A program made the translations under genes and the position numbers. From Octopus vulgaris (lineage: Eukaryota), in NCBI GenBank assembly GCA_951406725.2, contig OX597814.1, positions 24,676,001 to 24,740,000 on the forward strand: 64,000 nt of DNA, in the 5' to 3' direction. Positions 37,971 through 50,585 of the stretch are shown in pieces. Within the stretch, counting starts at the first letter, position 1. The number at the start of each line of letters is the position of its first letter. A model generated the notes under the pieces. The model worked only from the letters and a program-made list of their open reading frames with translations, did not search any database and was not told the origin of the DNA.

Positions 37971-39241
37971 GAGGGGCGTTCAATAAGTAATGCCCCTGAC
38001 CCACTTGCAGTTGTTTGATCTAGCTGAAATTTTGCATGTGCACTTATTTATACCTCTATAGATTAAGTGGCGAATTACAGCTCTGAACTAATTGTGGTTT
38101 CTGATTAACAGGTGTTTGAACTGAGTCAAGTGTGAAATGGAGCCTGTTGAGTGTTGAGCAGTGATTTGGTTTTTGTATTTGAAAGGACGCACACCACGGG
38201 AGACTTTTGATGAAATGAAAGTAACTTATGGTAATGATGCCCCATCATATGACCTTGTAAAACGCTGGCATTGTGAATTCAAACATAGTCGGAACTCTGT
38301 GGAAACAGCTCCCAGATCTGGTCGCCCCCTTCTGCCATTGATGAGACGTCTGTCCGTCAAGTTGAGGCTGCCATTTTGGAAGGTCAACGCATAACTATTC
38401 GCCAAATAGCCCATAAGGTCAAGATTAGTACCGGGTCTGTGGAAACTATCATTCATGACCATTTGCATATGCAAAAGGTGTCTGTCAGATGGATTTCCAG
38501 GTCGCTCACACCTTTCCAGAAGCAAGAACGCGTTGAGTGCTCGAGGATGAATTTGGAGATGTGCCAAGAAGATGAGTCAAAATTTTTCAAAAGAATGATC
38601 ACACAGGATAAAACCTGGGTCCATCACTATGATCCATAGACCAAAGCCCAGTCAATGCAGTGAAAGCACCGTGACTCACCTCCTCCAAAGAAGGCAAGGG
38701 TGCAGCCCTCTGCTGGCAAGGTTATGCTCAGTCTTCTGGGACCAGGACGGAGTAGTGATGACAGATTTCCTGGCAAAGGGTGCCACAATTACAGGAGCCT
38801 ATTATGCTTCACTTTTGAGGAAATTAAGAGAAGCTATCAAAACCAAGAGGCGGGGCAAGATCAGCAAAGGCATCCTCCTCCTGCAGGACAACGCTCCGGT
38901 CCACAACTCGCATGTAGCCAGATCAGAAGCACAGGCGTGCAACTATGAATGAACTCCTTCCCTTGCACCCTCTGATTTTCACCTCTTCCCAGCCATGAAG
39001 TTGATTTTGAAAGGAAAGCGTTTCCCAGATGATGCAGCTTTGATTTCTGAAGTCACGTCGTGGTTGGAGGACCAAGCTGGGGTCTTCTACAAAAACGGTC
39101 TCCAGAGCTGTATCAAACGATGGGAGAAATGCATAACTCTGGGTAGTTCCTATGTAGGAAAAGACTAATAACTGTGCCAAGTGTCGTTGCTTTACTGCTA
39201 TGGGAAGTGGGTCAGGGGCATTACTTATTGAACGCCCCTCG
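37970..39241 (+). mobile_element. Full-length mariner (DD34D) transposon in (TA)n
   Basis: Perfect TIRs cgaggggcgttcaataagtaatgcccctgacccact / agtgggtcaggggcattacttattgaacgcccctcg; TA TSD; 1272 bp. Confidence 0.97.
38137..39168 (+). pseudogene. Mariner transposase pseudogene
   Basis: HTH region, PRSGRP, ITQDKTWVHHYDP, LLQDNAPVH, APSDFHLF; several stops and frameshifts; the YSPDL motif is missing. Confidence 0.93.
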
Positions 39242-39271
39242 TATATATATATAAATACATATGATGATGAT

Positions 39272-39447
39272 GATCATCATCATCACCATCATCATCGTTT
39301 AAATCCGTTTTCTAAGCTGGCATGGGTTGGACGGTTTGACCGAAGTTTGGAAAGCCAGCAACTGCACCAGGCTCCAATCTGATCCGGCAATATTTCTACA
39401 GCTGGATGCCTTTCCTAACACCAACCACTCTGAGAGTGTAGTGGGTG

Positions 39448-39450
<3 letters not shown>
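39272..39450 (-). mobile_element. RTE 3'-end fragment
   Basis: Reverse complement of the RTE tail with (CAT)n. Confidence 0.85.
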
Positions 39451-39491
<41 letters not shown>

Positions 39492-39495
<4 letters not shown>

Positions 39496-39820
39496 TCATC
39501 ATCATCATCATTCAACATCCGTTGTCAAATCTGGCATGGGTTGGACGATGTGACCAGAGCTGCACCAGACTCTCGTCTGATTTGGCATGGTTTCTATGGC
39601 TGGATGCCCTCCCTAATGCCAACCATTTTACAGAGTGTGCTTGATGCTTTTATGTAGCACTGCATGGACGCTTTTGTGTGGCTCTGCACAAGCACTCCTA
39701 TGCAACACTGCATGGCCACTTTAACATGGTGCTGAACAGAGGCATTTATTTGGTACTGCATGGATACTTTTACATGGCACCACATGGACACCTTTACACA
39801 ATGCAGCATGGGTGCTTTTG
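39492..39820 (-). mobile_element. RTE 3'-end fragment with ~24-bp tandem units
   Basis: RTE tail plus repeated gcatgg(a/g)c.ctttta units. Confidence 0.75.
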
Positions 39821-39837
39821 TGTGTGTGTGTGTGTGT

Positions 39838-39869
<32 letters not shown>

Positions 39870-39944
39870 ATGCGTGCATATGTTTATATTATATATAGAT
39901 GTATGTGAGAGTGTATGTTTATATCACACATATATATATATTAT

Positions 39945-40170
39945 CATCACCATCATCATTATCATCATCATCATCATCATTTAACGTCTTTTCTTTCCAT
40001 GTTCACATGAGTTGGACTCCTTGATTAGAACTGACAATCCAGAAGTTTCCACCAGATTCTATCTCTGCTTTGACATAGTTTCTGCAATTGGATGCCCTTC
40101 CTAACACCAACCACAGTGCACTGGGTAATTTTATGTGGCACCAGCACTGGTGAGGTCATCAAGTACCTAC
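39945..40170 (-). mobile_element. Old RTE 3'-end fragment
   Basis: ggatgcccttcctaacaccaaccac core shared with the other tails. Confidence 0.7.
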
Positions 40171-41314
40171 AAGGTACAACAGAGTAGAGTATAGACTGGA
40201 GGAATAAGCAACTATGGGAGAGGCAGAGGAGCAGATGTCTTACTGAAGAAGTGACTACATGGTTTGCCCAGCTGGAAAGTGAGAGAAAGAGAGAGTGAAT
40301 GAGGGAGGGAGAGAGAATGAGAGAGAGAGATGTAAGATTAGGTACAACATGAATAAGTGATACAATAGGAAAGAGGAACAGAAAAGGTGGATGTGTAGTT
40401 AAGTGCTGTGACAGATAATTAGAGAGAGGAAATGAGTTGCAGACAGAGAATATTAGCTCAGTATAGCATATGTATGTACATATGTATGTACATATGTATG
40501 TACATATGTATGTATGTATATATCGTTGCTATTATGTTAAACTATCGTATGTCCAAATTAGGCCAAATGCATTTTTTTCAATATTTATTTTTGCTTACAA
40601 TAACCGGTTCTTTTGGTCAAATTATCGCATCACCAGCTATTTCAGATGCCAAGATATCAAAAGTTGTTAAAGTGTAGTAAAATGGTTTTGCTATGGAATA
40701 GTGAACGTTTTTTTGGGTTTTTTTTTCCAAAAAAGCAATGTTTCGGACTTTTGACTCTTTTACATAATAGCAATGATATAATCTTCAGGGGCAAAGAAGG
40801 AACAAAAAAGTGAGAATGTAAGGTTGTTCTGTTAATCATTTCTTGTTATTAAAACATGAAAATATATTTGTAACGTGATGCAGATCCTCATGAATGGATA
40901 ATAAAAACGATAGTGCTGATGACAATCCTGCACTCCTTCAACAAAACATAGTAAGTCATCCTGCTGTGTTTTGTAGGAGAATATGTGAAGTCCTTGGATC
41001 ATGCCTCATACATATGAAAGACATGATCTAGGAAAATTCTCAGCTTTTCATTATATGGAAACCTATGACACATAGTAAGCTGAGAAAACAAGGATACGCA
41101 TTTCCACTTCTTTGCAATTATCTCAGTTTCTTGTTTTTCAGACTTATTATATTTTATCAGAGGACAAAATATTAACATTGTAGTTGCTGCTGTGGTTGTT
41201 CCACAGCAATATTCAAAAGCATTCTAGCTTTTTTCTTTGCCAGTGGGAGTAGTACATAGCTAGAAACACATGATGCAATGTTTCTAGTTTTCCAGACAGT
41301 GGTGTGTAATTTAA

Positions 41315-41735
41315 GGCAGTGAGGTGACAGCAATGTTAGCACGCCAGGTGAAATACATAGCCATATTTCGTCTGCAGTTATGTTCTGAGTTCAAATTCCG
41401 TCGAGGTCAACTTTGCCTTTCATCCTTCTGGGGCAGATAAATTAAGTACCAGTTACGCACTGGGGTCGATATAATCGATTTAATTCATCTGTCTGTCTTT
41501 GTTTGTCTCCTCTGTGTTTAGCCCCTTGTGAGTAGTAAAGAAATAGAAATAGGTATTTCGTCTGCCGTTATGTTCTGAGTTCAAATTCCACCAAGGTCGA
41601 TTTTGCCTTTCATCCTTTCAGGGTCGATAAATTAAGTACCAGTTACGCACTGGAATCAATGTAATCGACTTAATCCATTTGTCCCTCCTTGTTTGTCCCC
41701 TCTATGTTTAGCTCCTTGTGGGCAATAAAGAAATA
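41315..41735 (+). mobile_element. SINE family B with a tandem second body
   Basis: B-box gagttcaaattcc; the unit tatttcgtctgc...aaagaaata occurs twice (~41363-41545, ~41553-41735). Confidence 0.85.
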
Positions 41736-42944
41736 AGTAGTGTGTACTTTAGAGAAAAGCTGGTTGTTATTTCTAGGAGGTCGAGTTACAGCACAGCAGA
41801 ATTCACATTGGCTCATCATTACTATTGATCTCATTTTATTGATATTGTTGTTGTTATTGTTTAAAGTTAGGTAAACCCTGATTCAGTTGTGACCATCCAG
41901 TCCAGAGTGTCTTTTCTTTGTTTACGACAGCAGGTGGCAATTTGTTTGAGATTTGGTTTGTATTTTTAGTAGACTGAGCAACAATGTAGAAACGCTTTCA
42001 TTCACTCACATTATTTTTCTAGTGAATACAGCAGAATGGTATTTTCAATCCTCACAACTGCTTTATTTAGTCATCCAATGTCATTAGAATTTTTGTACAA
42101 TATTCACAGGTTTACATTTCCACTTCTATAAACCCTTGGTATCTGACCCAACTGAAGCCGTTGAGCAACTGACTGAATACTTTACAATATTTATTTAGGA
42201 GAATTTTTTTAACTCAAATTCCATTTGCTTTTTGTTGATTATTTTTCGGTCTTTATAGTGTCAATAAGCCCGTAACAATATACTCTGTTGATATAATTGA
42301 TTCTACCCCTTCTATTTTAAATACTGATTTTACACCCGAGGCAGAAATCAATATTTACTACACAGGCACCTTGTGAATTTGAGTTCAAATCCTGCTGACT
42401 TTAAGTTTTTTGTTTCCTTTTGTTTTTCTTTTTTTTCTTCTTTTTTTTCTCATTTCTTTGAAATCAATAAAATAAGAACAATAATATACTAGGATCAATT
42501 CAATCAGCTGTAAACCTCACTTACAAAAAGTTGGCTTTGAACCAAAGTTGCAAGAATCAATATGTTTGACATCCACACATTTACAATTGCCAGGGAGATT
42601 TCGAAGGAGCTCTCTACTTAGCCATTAGTAATATTGCAAAACTCAACAGTGTCAGGCTAGAATAGATCAACAGCATCTGGTAAATCACATTCTGTATGAT
42701 CAGCATCAACAGCTTTACAAAACTACACAGAATATAATTTCAACAATGCAATGTAAAAAGCAGCACTTCTGTTAGCTAATATTTCCAGATAGTCAACAGT
42801 TCTAATTTGCTTAAAACACATCTACCTTTGCGTTTATCTCGCCATCAGTTGAAGCTGGCTATAACCACAATAATATGAATGACTTTCACCACTGACCTCC
42901 CAGTAGCCATAAGACATTTGTAAGCTTGCTTGAATGTATTAGTA

Positions 42945-42962
42945 CATATATATGTATAAATG

Positions 42963-43007
<45 letters not shown>

Positions 43008-43145
43008 GTATATATATATATGTATGTATGTATATATATACATGTATATATGTATATATATATATATGTATGTATATATGTATGTAAATATATACATGTA
43101 TATATGTATATATTTGTAAATATATACATGTATATATGTTTGTAA

Positions 43146-43185
<40 letters not shown>

Positions 43186-43245
43186 ATATGTATGTAAATA
43201 TATACATGTATATATGTATGTATATATACATACATATATATATAT

Positions 43246-43291
<46 letters not shown>

Positions 43292-43355
43292 CTATATACA
43301 TACATATACATACAGTCATATATACAGAGACATATGTCTGTGTGTGTGTGTGTGT
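42945..43355. repeat. (TA)n/(TATG)n microsatellite block
   Basis: Directly visible. Confidence 0.9.
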
Positions 43356-43799
43356 TATCACAGCACACAAGTAAGAGATTACATTGGCTACAGTGAATTT
43401 AATCAAGATAATACTGCACTGCTTCAAAAGGAGTTTCCAACTACTGACTTTCACTTCAGTGTCACAACATCAAATATCAATGAACCCGAGATACTAAGCT
43501 ATGGTTTCCTCACTCATGTTTAAACATACACTCACATATACATCTATTCATTATATGTAAGCATATAAGTATATATATATATATGTGTGTGTGTGTGTGA
43601 TGATGATATATATATATATGTATATATATATATGTGTGCATATATATATATATACACACATATACATATAGATAGATACTTATACACACACATATATACA
43701 ATATATATACATATATATGTATATTATGTTAATAAAATATATGCATATATATAAACATATATGTACGTACCTACCTCTACATGTACATATACACGCATA

Positions 43800-44470
43800 T
43801 ATGTGTACAGGACACCAAAAAGACGTCGAACACATAGAGAGACGAAAAACATAGACACAAACCAAGGAACAAGACAGGCAAAAAAAAAAAGGAGATACAG
43901 GACAATAAGCACAACGAAAAATCCCCTTCTTCAGTCGCTAAAGTTTCATCTACTAAACGTTTCGAAGGATAAAAGCGAGACGTATACTTCGAATGAAAAA
44001 TTCCTTCCTGCGAAAAGCAAATCAATTAAAATTCTGAGATCTTTTCGCAGAGGGGTAAAAAAGCAAGACGGTAACGACAGTACAAACATATAAACAGTAA
44101 AAAATATATATATAAACAGTGGAAAAATAAATATATAACAGTGAGAGACAGGACAAGGAGAACAAGATAAGAAGGGCTGTTAACGCCAGACGAAAAAAGT
44201 ATTGCAAACGCTGGATTATAGTGGACGACGAGAGAGGAAGATGTCGACCAGTGGCCTTAGAAGGCAGGCGAGAAAGGACGGGATAGCAGTTACGACGGAA
44301 GTACGTCGCAGATGGACGACGGGAATGGGGAGGAGGAGCAAGAGGAAGAGAGAGAAGAAGGGGAATGGTGCGAGGAGACCATGAAGAACAGTGAGGGGGA
44401 GAGAGAGAGGAAGAGACAAGTTAAGTGAGGGAAAAAAGACGAAAAAGGGAATGGGAGAGAAAGAAAGAAT
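43800..44470 (-). repeat. Family F CpG-rich repeat (possible Penelope-like remnant) with a hammerhead-like motif
   Basis: CpG-rich island between (TA)n tracts; minus strand ccttcGAAAC...CTGAAGAagggg. Confidence 0.45.
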
Positions 44471-44499
44471 ATATATATAGATATATACATATACACACG

Positions 44500-44513
44500 C
44501 ACATGATTCCGAG

Positions 44514-44548
<35 letters not shown>

Positions 44549-45093
44549 TCAATCATTAGACTGTGGCCATGGTGGAGTACCACCTTAGAATATTTTAGTT
44601 AGACAAGTCAAATCTATTACTTATTTCTCTTTTAAGCTTGGTACATATTTTAGCGGTGCCTTTTACTGAGCTGTTATGTTACAGGGAGGTAATGATACCA
44701 ACCCCAGTTTTCAATGTTAGTGAGGAACAACTGCAAACACAAAGACACACATGATGCAGGCTCTGGCCTTGCCAGCTCCTGTCAAGCTGTCCAATCCATG
44801 CCAACATGGAAAATGTTGGCAACTCATGCCAACATTGGTGTTGACGATGACGACGACGACGACGATGATGATGATGATTATGATGATAATGATGATGATG
44901 ATGGTGATAAATACACACTGGGCTTGTTTCAGTTTCTGCCTACCAAATTGACTTGCAAAGATTTGGTTGGCCTGAGGCAATAGTAGAAGATACTTGCTCA
45001 AGGGGGTCACAGTGAGATTGAACATGAAACCATGTGGCTGGGAAGTACACTTACCACACTGCCATGCCAGTAGACAGATGGACAGACAGATAG

Positions 45094-45132
<39 letters not shown>

Positions 45133-45898
45133 TATATATATAACACATATATATTTAAATATATATACATATATATATATGTACGTATATCTATAAATAT
45201 ATATGTGTGTTATATATATATATATATATGTAAAAATATATATCTGTTGCTTACCAAACACATGGTTCTGAGTTCATATATATATATATAGTTTCAATCA
45301 TTAGACTGTGGCCATGGTGGAGTACCACCTTAGAATATTTTAGTTAGACAAGTCAAATCTATTACTTATTTCTCTTTTAAGCTTGGTACATATTTTAGTG
45401 GTGCCTTTTACTGAGCTGTTATGTTACAGGGAGGTAATGATACCAACCCCAGTTTTCAATGTTAGTGAGGAACAACCGCAAACACGAAAACACACATGAT
45501 GCAGGCTCTGGCCTTGCCAGCTCCTGTCAAGCTGTCCAATCCATGCCAACATGGAAAATGTTGGCAACTCATGCCAACATTGGTGTTGACGATGATGACG
45601 ACGACGGCGACGACGATGATGATGATGATGATGATGATGATAATGATGATGATGATGGTGATACTTACACACTGGGTTTGTTTCAGTTTCTGCCTACCAA
45701 ATTGACTCGCAAAGATTTGGTTGGCCTGAGGCAATAGTAGAAGATACTAAGGGGGTCACAGTGAGATTGAACATGAAACCATGTGGCTGGGAAGTACACT
45801 TACCACACTGCCATGCCAGTAGACAGATGGACAGACAGATAGATAGATAGAAAGAGAGAGAGAGAGAGAGAGAGAAAAATATTAAAAGATAGATAGAT

Positions 45899-45900
<2 letters not shown>
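44500..45900. repeat. Tandem duplication of a ~760-bp unit (minus-strand SINE A containing an RTE tail and (GAC/GAT)n)
   Basis: 44545-45100 is near-identical to 45290-45850. Confidence 0.92.
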
Positions 45901-45929
<29 letters not shown>

Positions 45930-46169
45930 TGGATAATGGACAGATAGATATATATATATATATATAGATAAATAGATAGATAGATAGATAGATAGATACA
46001 GAGAGAGAGAGAGAGAGAGATGGATAGATAGATAAACAGATAGACAGATAGATAGATAGATAGATAGATAGTTTGTAATGTCAAGTTACTACTTCTTAAC
46101 CTCCCCGCCAAGTATTTGTCAAGTTTGTTCCTTTACTTAAACTGTAGTTATGTGTGTATGAGATGTGTG

Positions 46170-46212
<43 letters not shown>

Positions 46213-46815
46213 GAGAGACAGAGAGAGAGAAACACAGACAGACAGAGAAAGACTATGAATATGCTTGGTTTCCATTGGCTACTTAATGTTTAATATCTCT
46301 ACCATCCCCACTACCACTTGTCAATTTCAGCATTTCTATATCGATTTTAACTTTTGTTAACTCATTCTATATCTCTCTTCTACTCTCTCTCCCCCTCCCT
46401 CCCTCTCTCTCTCTCCCTCCCTCCATCTCTCTCTCTCTTTCTCTCTCTTTCCTATTTTTGCTATATGGTGTAAAGCTGGAGTGGAGAAATCAACCAACCA
46501 ACCAACCAACCAACCAACCAATAGTTTATAACTTCTATCACACATATGTGTGTATGTATATATATATATATGTATGTATATATGTATATATATGTATGTA
46601 TACATGTATATATATATATACATATACATATATCTAAATATATATATATATATATATATTTACATATACATATATCTAAATATATATATATATATATATA
46701 CACATCTAAATATATATATACTTGTGTATGTACATATATTTATGAATGCATGTGTGTATATATATATCTAAATATATATATATATACTTGTGTATGTATA
46801 TATATTTATGAATGC

Positions 46816-46851
<36 letters not shown>

Positions 46852-47234
46852 TCACATGCAAACATAGCACACACCCACTTGCACACACTCCCTTAAGTCT
46901 CTAAGTCCACAAACAATGATTACTTAGTAGTTCTTAACTTAATATATCTACAATGAAAACTAAAGTTATTAGAGAGATTGGTTCAATGTAAGTTGTACAT
47001 AAACTTCGTAACCTTCTGTTGCAATGTGACGAAGCATTTGAAGTTTGGAATGGTAGGAGTGGAGGCTGAATTACGGCATGGGTGGATGATGTGATGAGTG
47101 CTGTTGATAATGGTAATAAGTATGATGAAGATAATGATAATAACAGTGATTCTGACGATGGTTATGGTGCACATAATGGCATTGATGGAGATAATGGCGA
47201 GAATGAGGATGATGGGGGGACAAAGTAGATTTTG

Positions 47235-47264
47235 ATATGATGATGAAGGCCAATGATGATGTCA

Positions 47265-47332
<68 letters not shown>

Positions 47333-47620
47333 AATGATGATGACGACAACGATGATGACAACGACGACAATAACAATGATCATGGTGGTGGTTGTGGTTG
47401 GTGGTGGTTGTGGTGGTTGTGGTTGTGGTGGTGGTTGTGGTGGTGGTGGTGGTGGCGGTGGTGGTGGTGGCGTCGGCGGTGGTGGTGGCAGCAGTGGCTA
47501 TGGTAGTGGTGGTAGCGATGGCGATGGTGGTGGTGGCAGCGGTGGTAGCAGTGGTTATGGTGACGGTGGTGGTGGTGGTGGTGGTGGTCATGATGACAAC
47601 AACGGCAACGATGACGATAG
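47235..47620. repeat. Compound trinucleotide repeat (GAT)n-(GAC)n-(GGT)n
   Basis: Directly visible; open in several frames on both strands. Confidence 0.92.
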
Positions 47621-48430
47621 AGTTGGGAAAACTGCTGGCACTCATACTGGCAATAATGATAATGGAGAGTATAATAATAATGAGAATGATTATTACTACG
47701 GCCACAGAATAGCATATTTGATACCTTGTTGTAAACACTGTGTCAGTGCTAAATTGGCTTACACAAACTCAGTACTTTGCATCTGGGATTGTATTGGTTG
47801 ATATATGTGGTCATATATGATAAATTTCTTGCTAGTTAAACACTCATACAAATGTGTGAATGCTTCTTGGGAATGCAGCTTCAGATTATACTCTGTGAAT
47901 TTCTGATATTGTTATCAGAACTCCTGCAAAATTAATGAATTCCATAACAAATTGAGCACTGTATAATCCAAATAATAATTTTTAAGGTCCACTGGGGATT
48001 ATCAGATAGTGAAATCTGACATATGTTGGCAATCTAGTCGAAAGGGAAGGTGACATATATTGTAGCTCTCTCTATTTTCAATTTACTAATGTTCCACTGC
48101 TTGCTGATTGCATACATATTTCTCATTTAGTGAGCAGTTTCATTTCAGATATTTTGATATTTACTTCAACAGTTGGCTATTTAGGATCACATTTAAACCA
48201 AACCAATTAACAGGTAACACATTCAGGTTGTTTGCCTTGATATGCATTGAACTGATTGATAGAAGACTTATTGAGAAAGGTAGTCAAGGAAATGGTACAG
48301 TTGTATTTGCTTAACTAAAACCCTTCAAAGCAATGCCTTGGCAATGATTGAAATGAGCAAAAGATAAAAGATCAAAAATAGATACCCTGGTATATAATAG
48401 CTTTTAATTCTCCAGTACTAAACAGAAAAC

Positions 48431-48665
48431 TTTTATTCTCTTTATTACCCACAAGGGTCTTAACACAGAGGGGACAAACAAGGACAGACAAAGGGATTAA
48501 GTCGATTACATCGACCCTAGTGCGTAACTGGTACTTAATTTATCGACCTCGAAAGGATGAAAGGCAAAGTAGACCTCGGTTGAATTTGAACTCGGAACAT
48601 AACGACAAACGAAATACGGCTACGCATTTCGCCCGGTGTGCTAACGTTTCTGCCAGCTCGCCGCC
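48431..48665 (-). mobile_element. SINE family B, full length
   Basis: Minus head ggcggcgagctggcagaaacgttagcac, B-box gagttcaaattc; homologous to 41315-41545. Confidence 0.88.
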
Positions 48666-49173
48666 TACACAGAAAACTTATTTTTGCCTACCAAGACATG
48701 CTGTCATATAACTTTATTCTTGCACATGATACTTCGAATAAGTGCTTTAAAAAAATCACAAACCTTTTATTGTTTCTTTTATGCTCTTTCAACATGGAAT
48801 TTTTCATCCCAAAATGTTTTACTGCATTACTCAACATGCTTATAGCCGTACATTTTAAACAGACACATTTGCTTTCATCTTCCTACAGAAATAGTTCAGA
48901 GCCATTAAATACTGTTGCTCAAAATGCTCACATTATTCTGTAAATAACAATTTTGTATGATAAATGACATTTTAAAATTTGAAACATTCTACATCCAATT
49001 CAGAACTGCATTGAACTGATTGATATCATTTCCAGATTTCTAGCACCAATGATAAGTTATCAATCACCACTCTAGTTAAGGGCGAAATAGTTGAATACAT
49101 CAACTATTGAAATGTCTAGATCAGCTAAGAATACCTTGATCATCTGAGATAATAAGTACATTATCCAAAAGTA

Positions 49174-49475
49174 TTCTTTTGCTTGTTTCAGTCATTTGAC
49201 TGTGGCCATGCTGGAGCACTGCCTTTAGTCAAACAAATCGACCTCAGGACTTATTTTTGTAAGCCTAGTACTTATTCTATCGCTCTCTTTGAGGACATAA
49301 TCCCACCAAGATCGGTTGTCAAGCGATGGTGGGGAGACAAACACAAACACACAAATACATACATATCATCATTAGCATCGTTTAACGTCTGCTTTCCATG
49401 CAGACGATTTGACTGAGGACTGGCGAACCAGATGGCTGCACCAAGCTCCAATCTGATCTGGCAGAGTTTCTAAAG
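49174..49475 (-). mobile_element. SINE A 3' half abutting an RTE 3'-end fragment
   Basis: SINE A to ~49360, then catcgtttaacgtctgctttccatgc. Confidence 0.8.
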
Positions 49476-50159
49476 CATTTATTAAAATGACTTTTAAATA
49501 TTTATTTATTTATTTATTTGTGTTTGCTTACTGCAGGTACCCTTGTTTTAGAATAGGTATAGGTATGCCATATCCCTCCACATTCTAATGAAAATTACTA
49601 AAAGTGTTAGCAACAGAAAGAGCATCAAGTCATAAAAGTTCTACCTTAGAAAACCCATCCAACCCATACAAACTTCTTGTAAAAGTGAATATATGATAAT
49701 GATGATGACAAGGACGGTGATGATGAAAACGATGACGGCGCCGACAATGATGACTATGATTATGATTATGAAACCTAAGTTGTTTAGCAGAGCAGATATA
49801 AGAAATTATGGCTTTCATGCTTTTTCCAAAGACATTAGAAATGTAAGTAAAGAGTAGAAATATATCATTTTGGAGGGAAAAAAAATGAAATCCTGATAAA
49901 TGATTTCTGAATGTGCATCATTGAATTTAAATGGATACTAAACAGAAAAGATTAAATAAAGCAACAGCAAAAAATTATAGGTAACTATGGGAATGTAATA
50001 AAATTTTATTTCTTCTCTGTGCATACATTGGTTGATTGCAAAGTTTATGCTATTCAGAAAATAACTGATAAGTATTATATTTATGTTACATATTTAATGG
50101 GAATTTACAAGTATTTTCTACAATTTATTTCTTTTACCTAGAGTTTGTATACAAAAGAA

Positions 50160-50585
50160 TAGGTGCGTATGCATGTGAATGTGTGTGTGTGTGTGCATGC
50201 ATGTGTCCATATCATTCTTTCTCAAATTATGTATGTATCTCACATGCTCTCTCCACACACACTCATACACACATACATATATATACATACACATACATAC
50301 ATATATTATACCTGCATACATATTTATATACATATATCCATATAAATGCATATATGCATATGTATATATATACATGCATGCATATATATATATACATATA
50401 TATATATATGTATATATGTATATATATACATATGCATATATATATATGTATATATGTATATATGTATATATATCTATATATATATCCATATATTTATATA
50501 TATACATATACATATGTGTGTGTGTGTGTACATATATTCATATATACATATATTTAAGCCTATGCAAATGTGTATACATATGTTT
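50160..50585. repeat. (TA)n/(CA)n/(TG)n microsatellite block
   Basis: Directly visible. Confidence 0.9.

Noticed and set aside
47253-47801. Gly-rich 182-aa ORF resembling a structural protein
   Set aside because: Made of (GAT)n/(GGT)n repeats; overlapping frames on both strands are also open; no signal peptide or splice context
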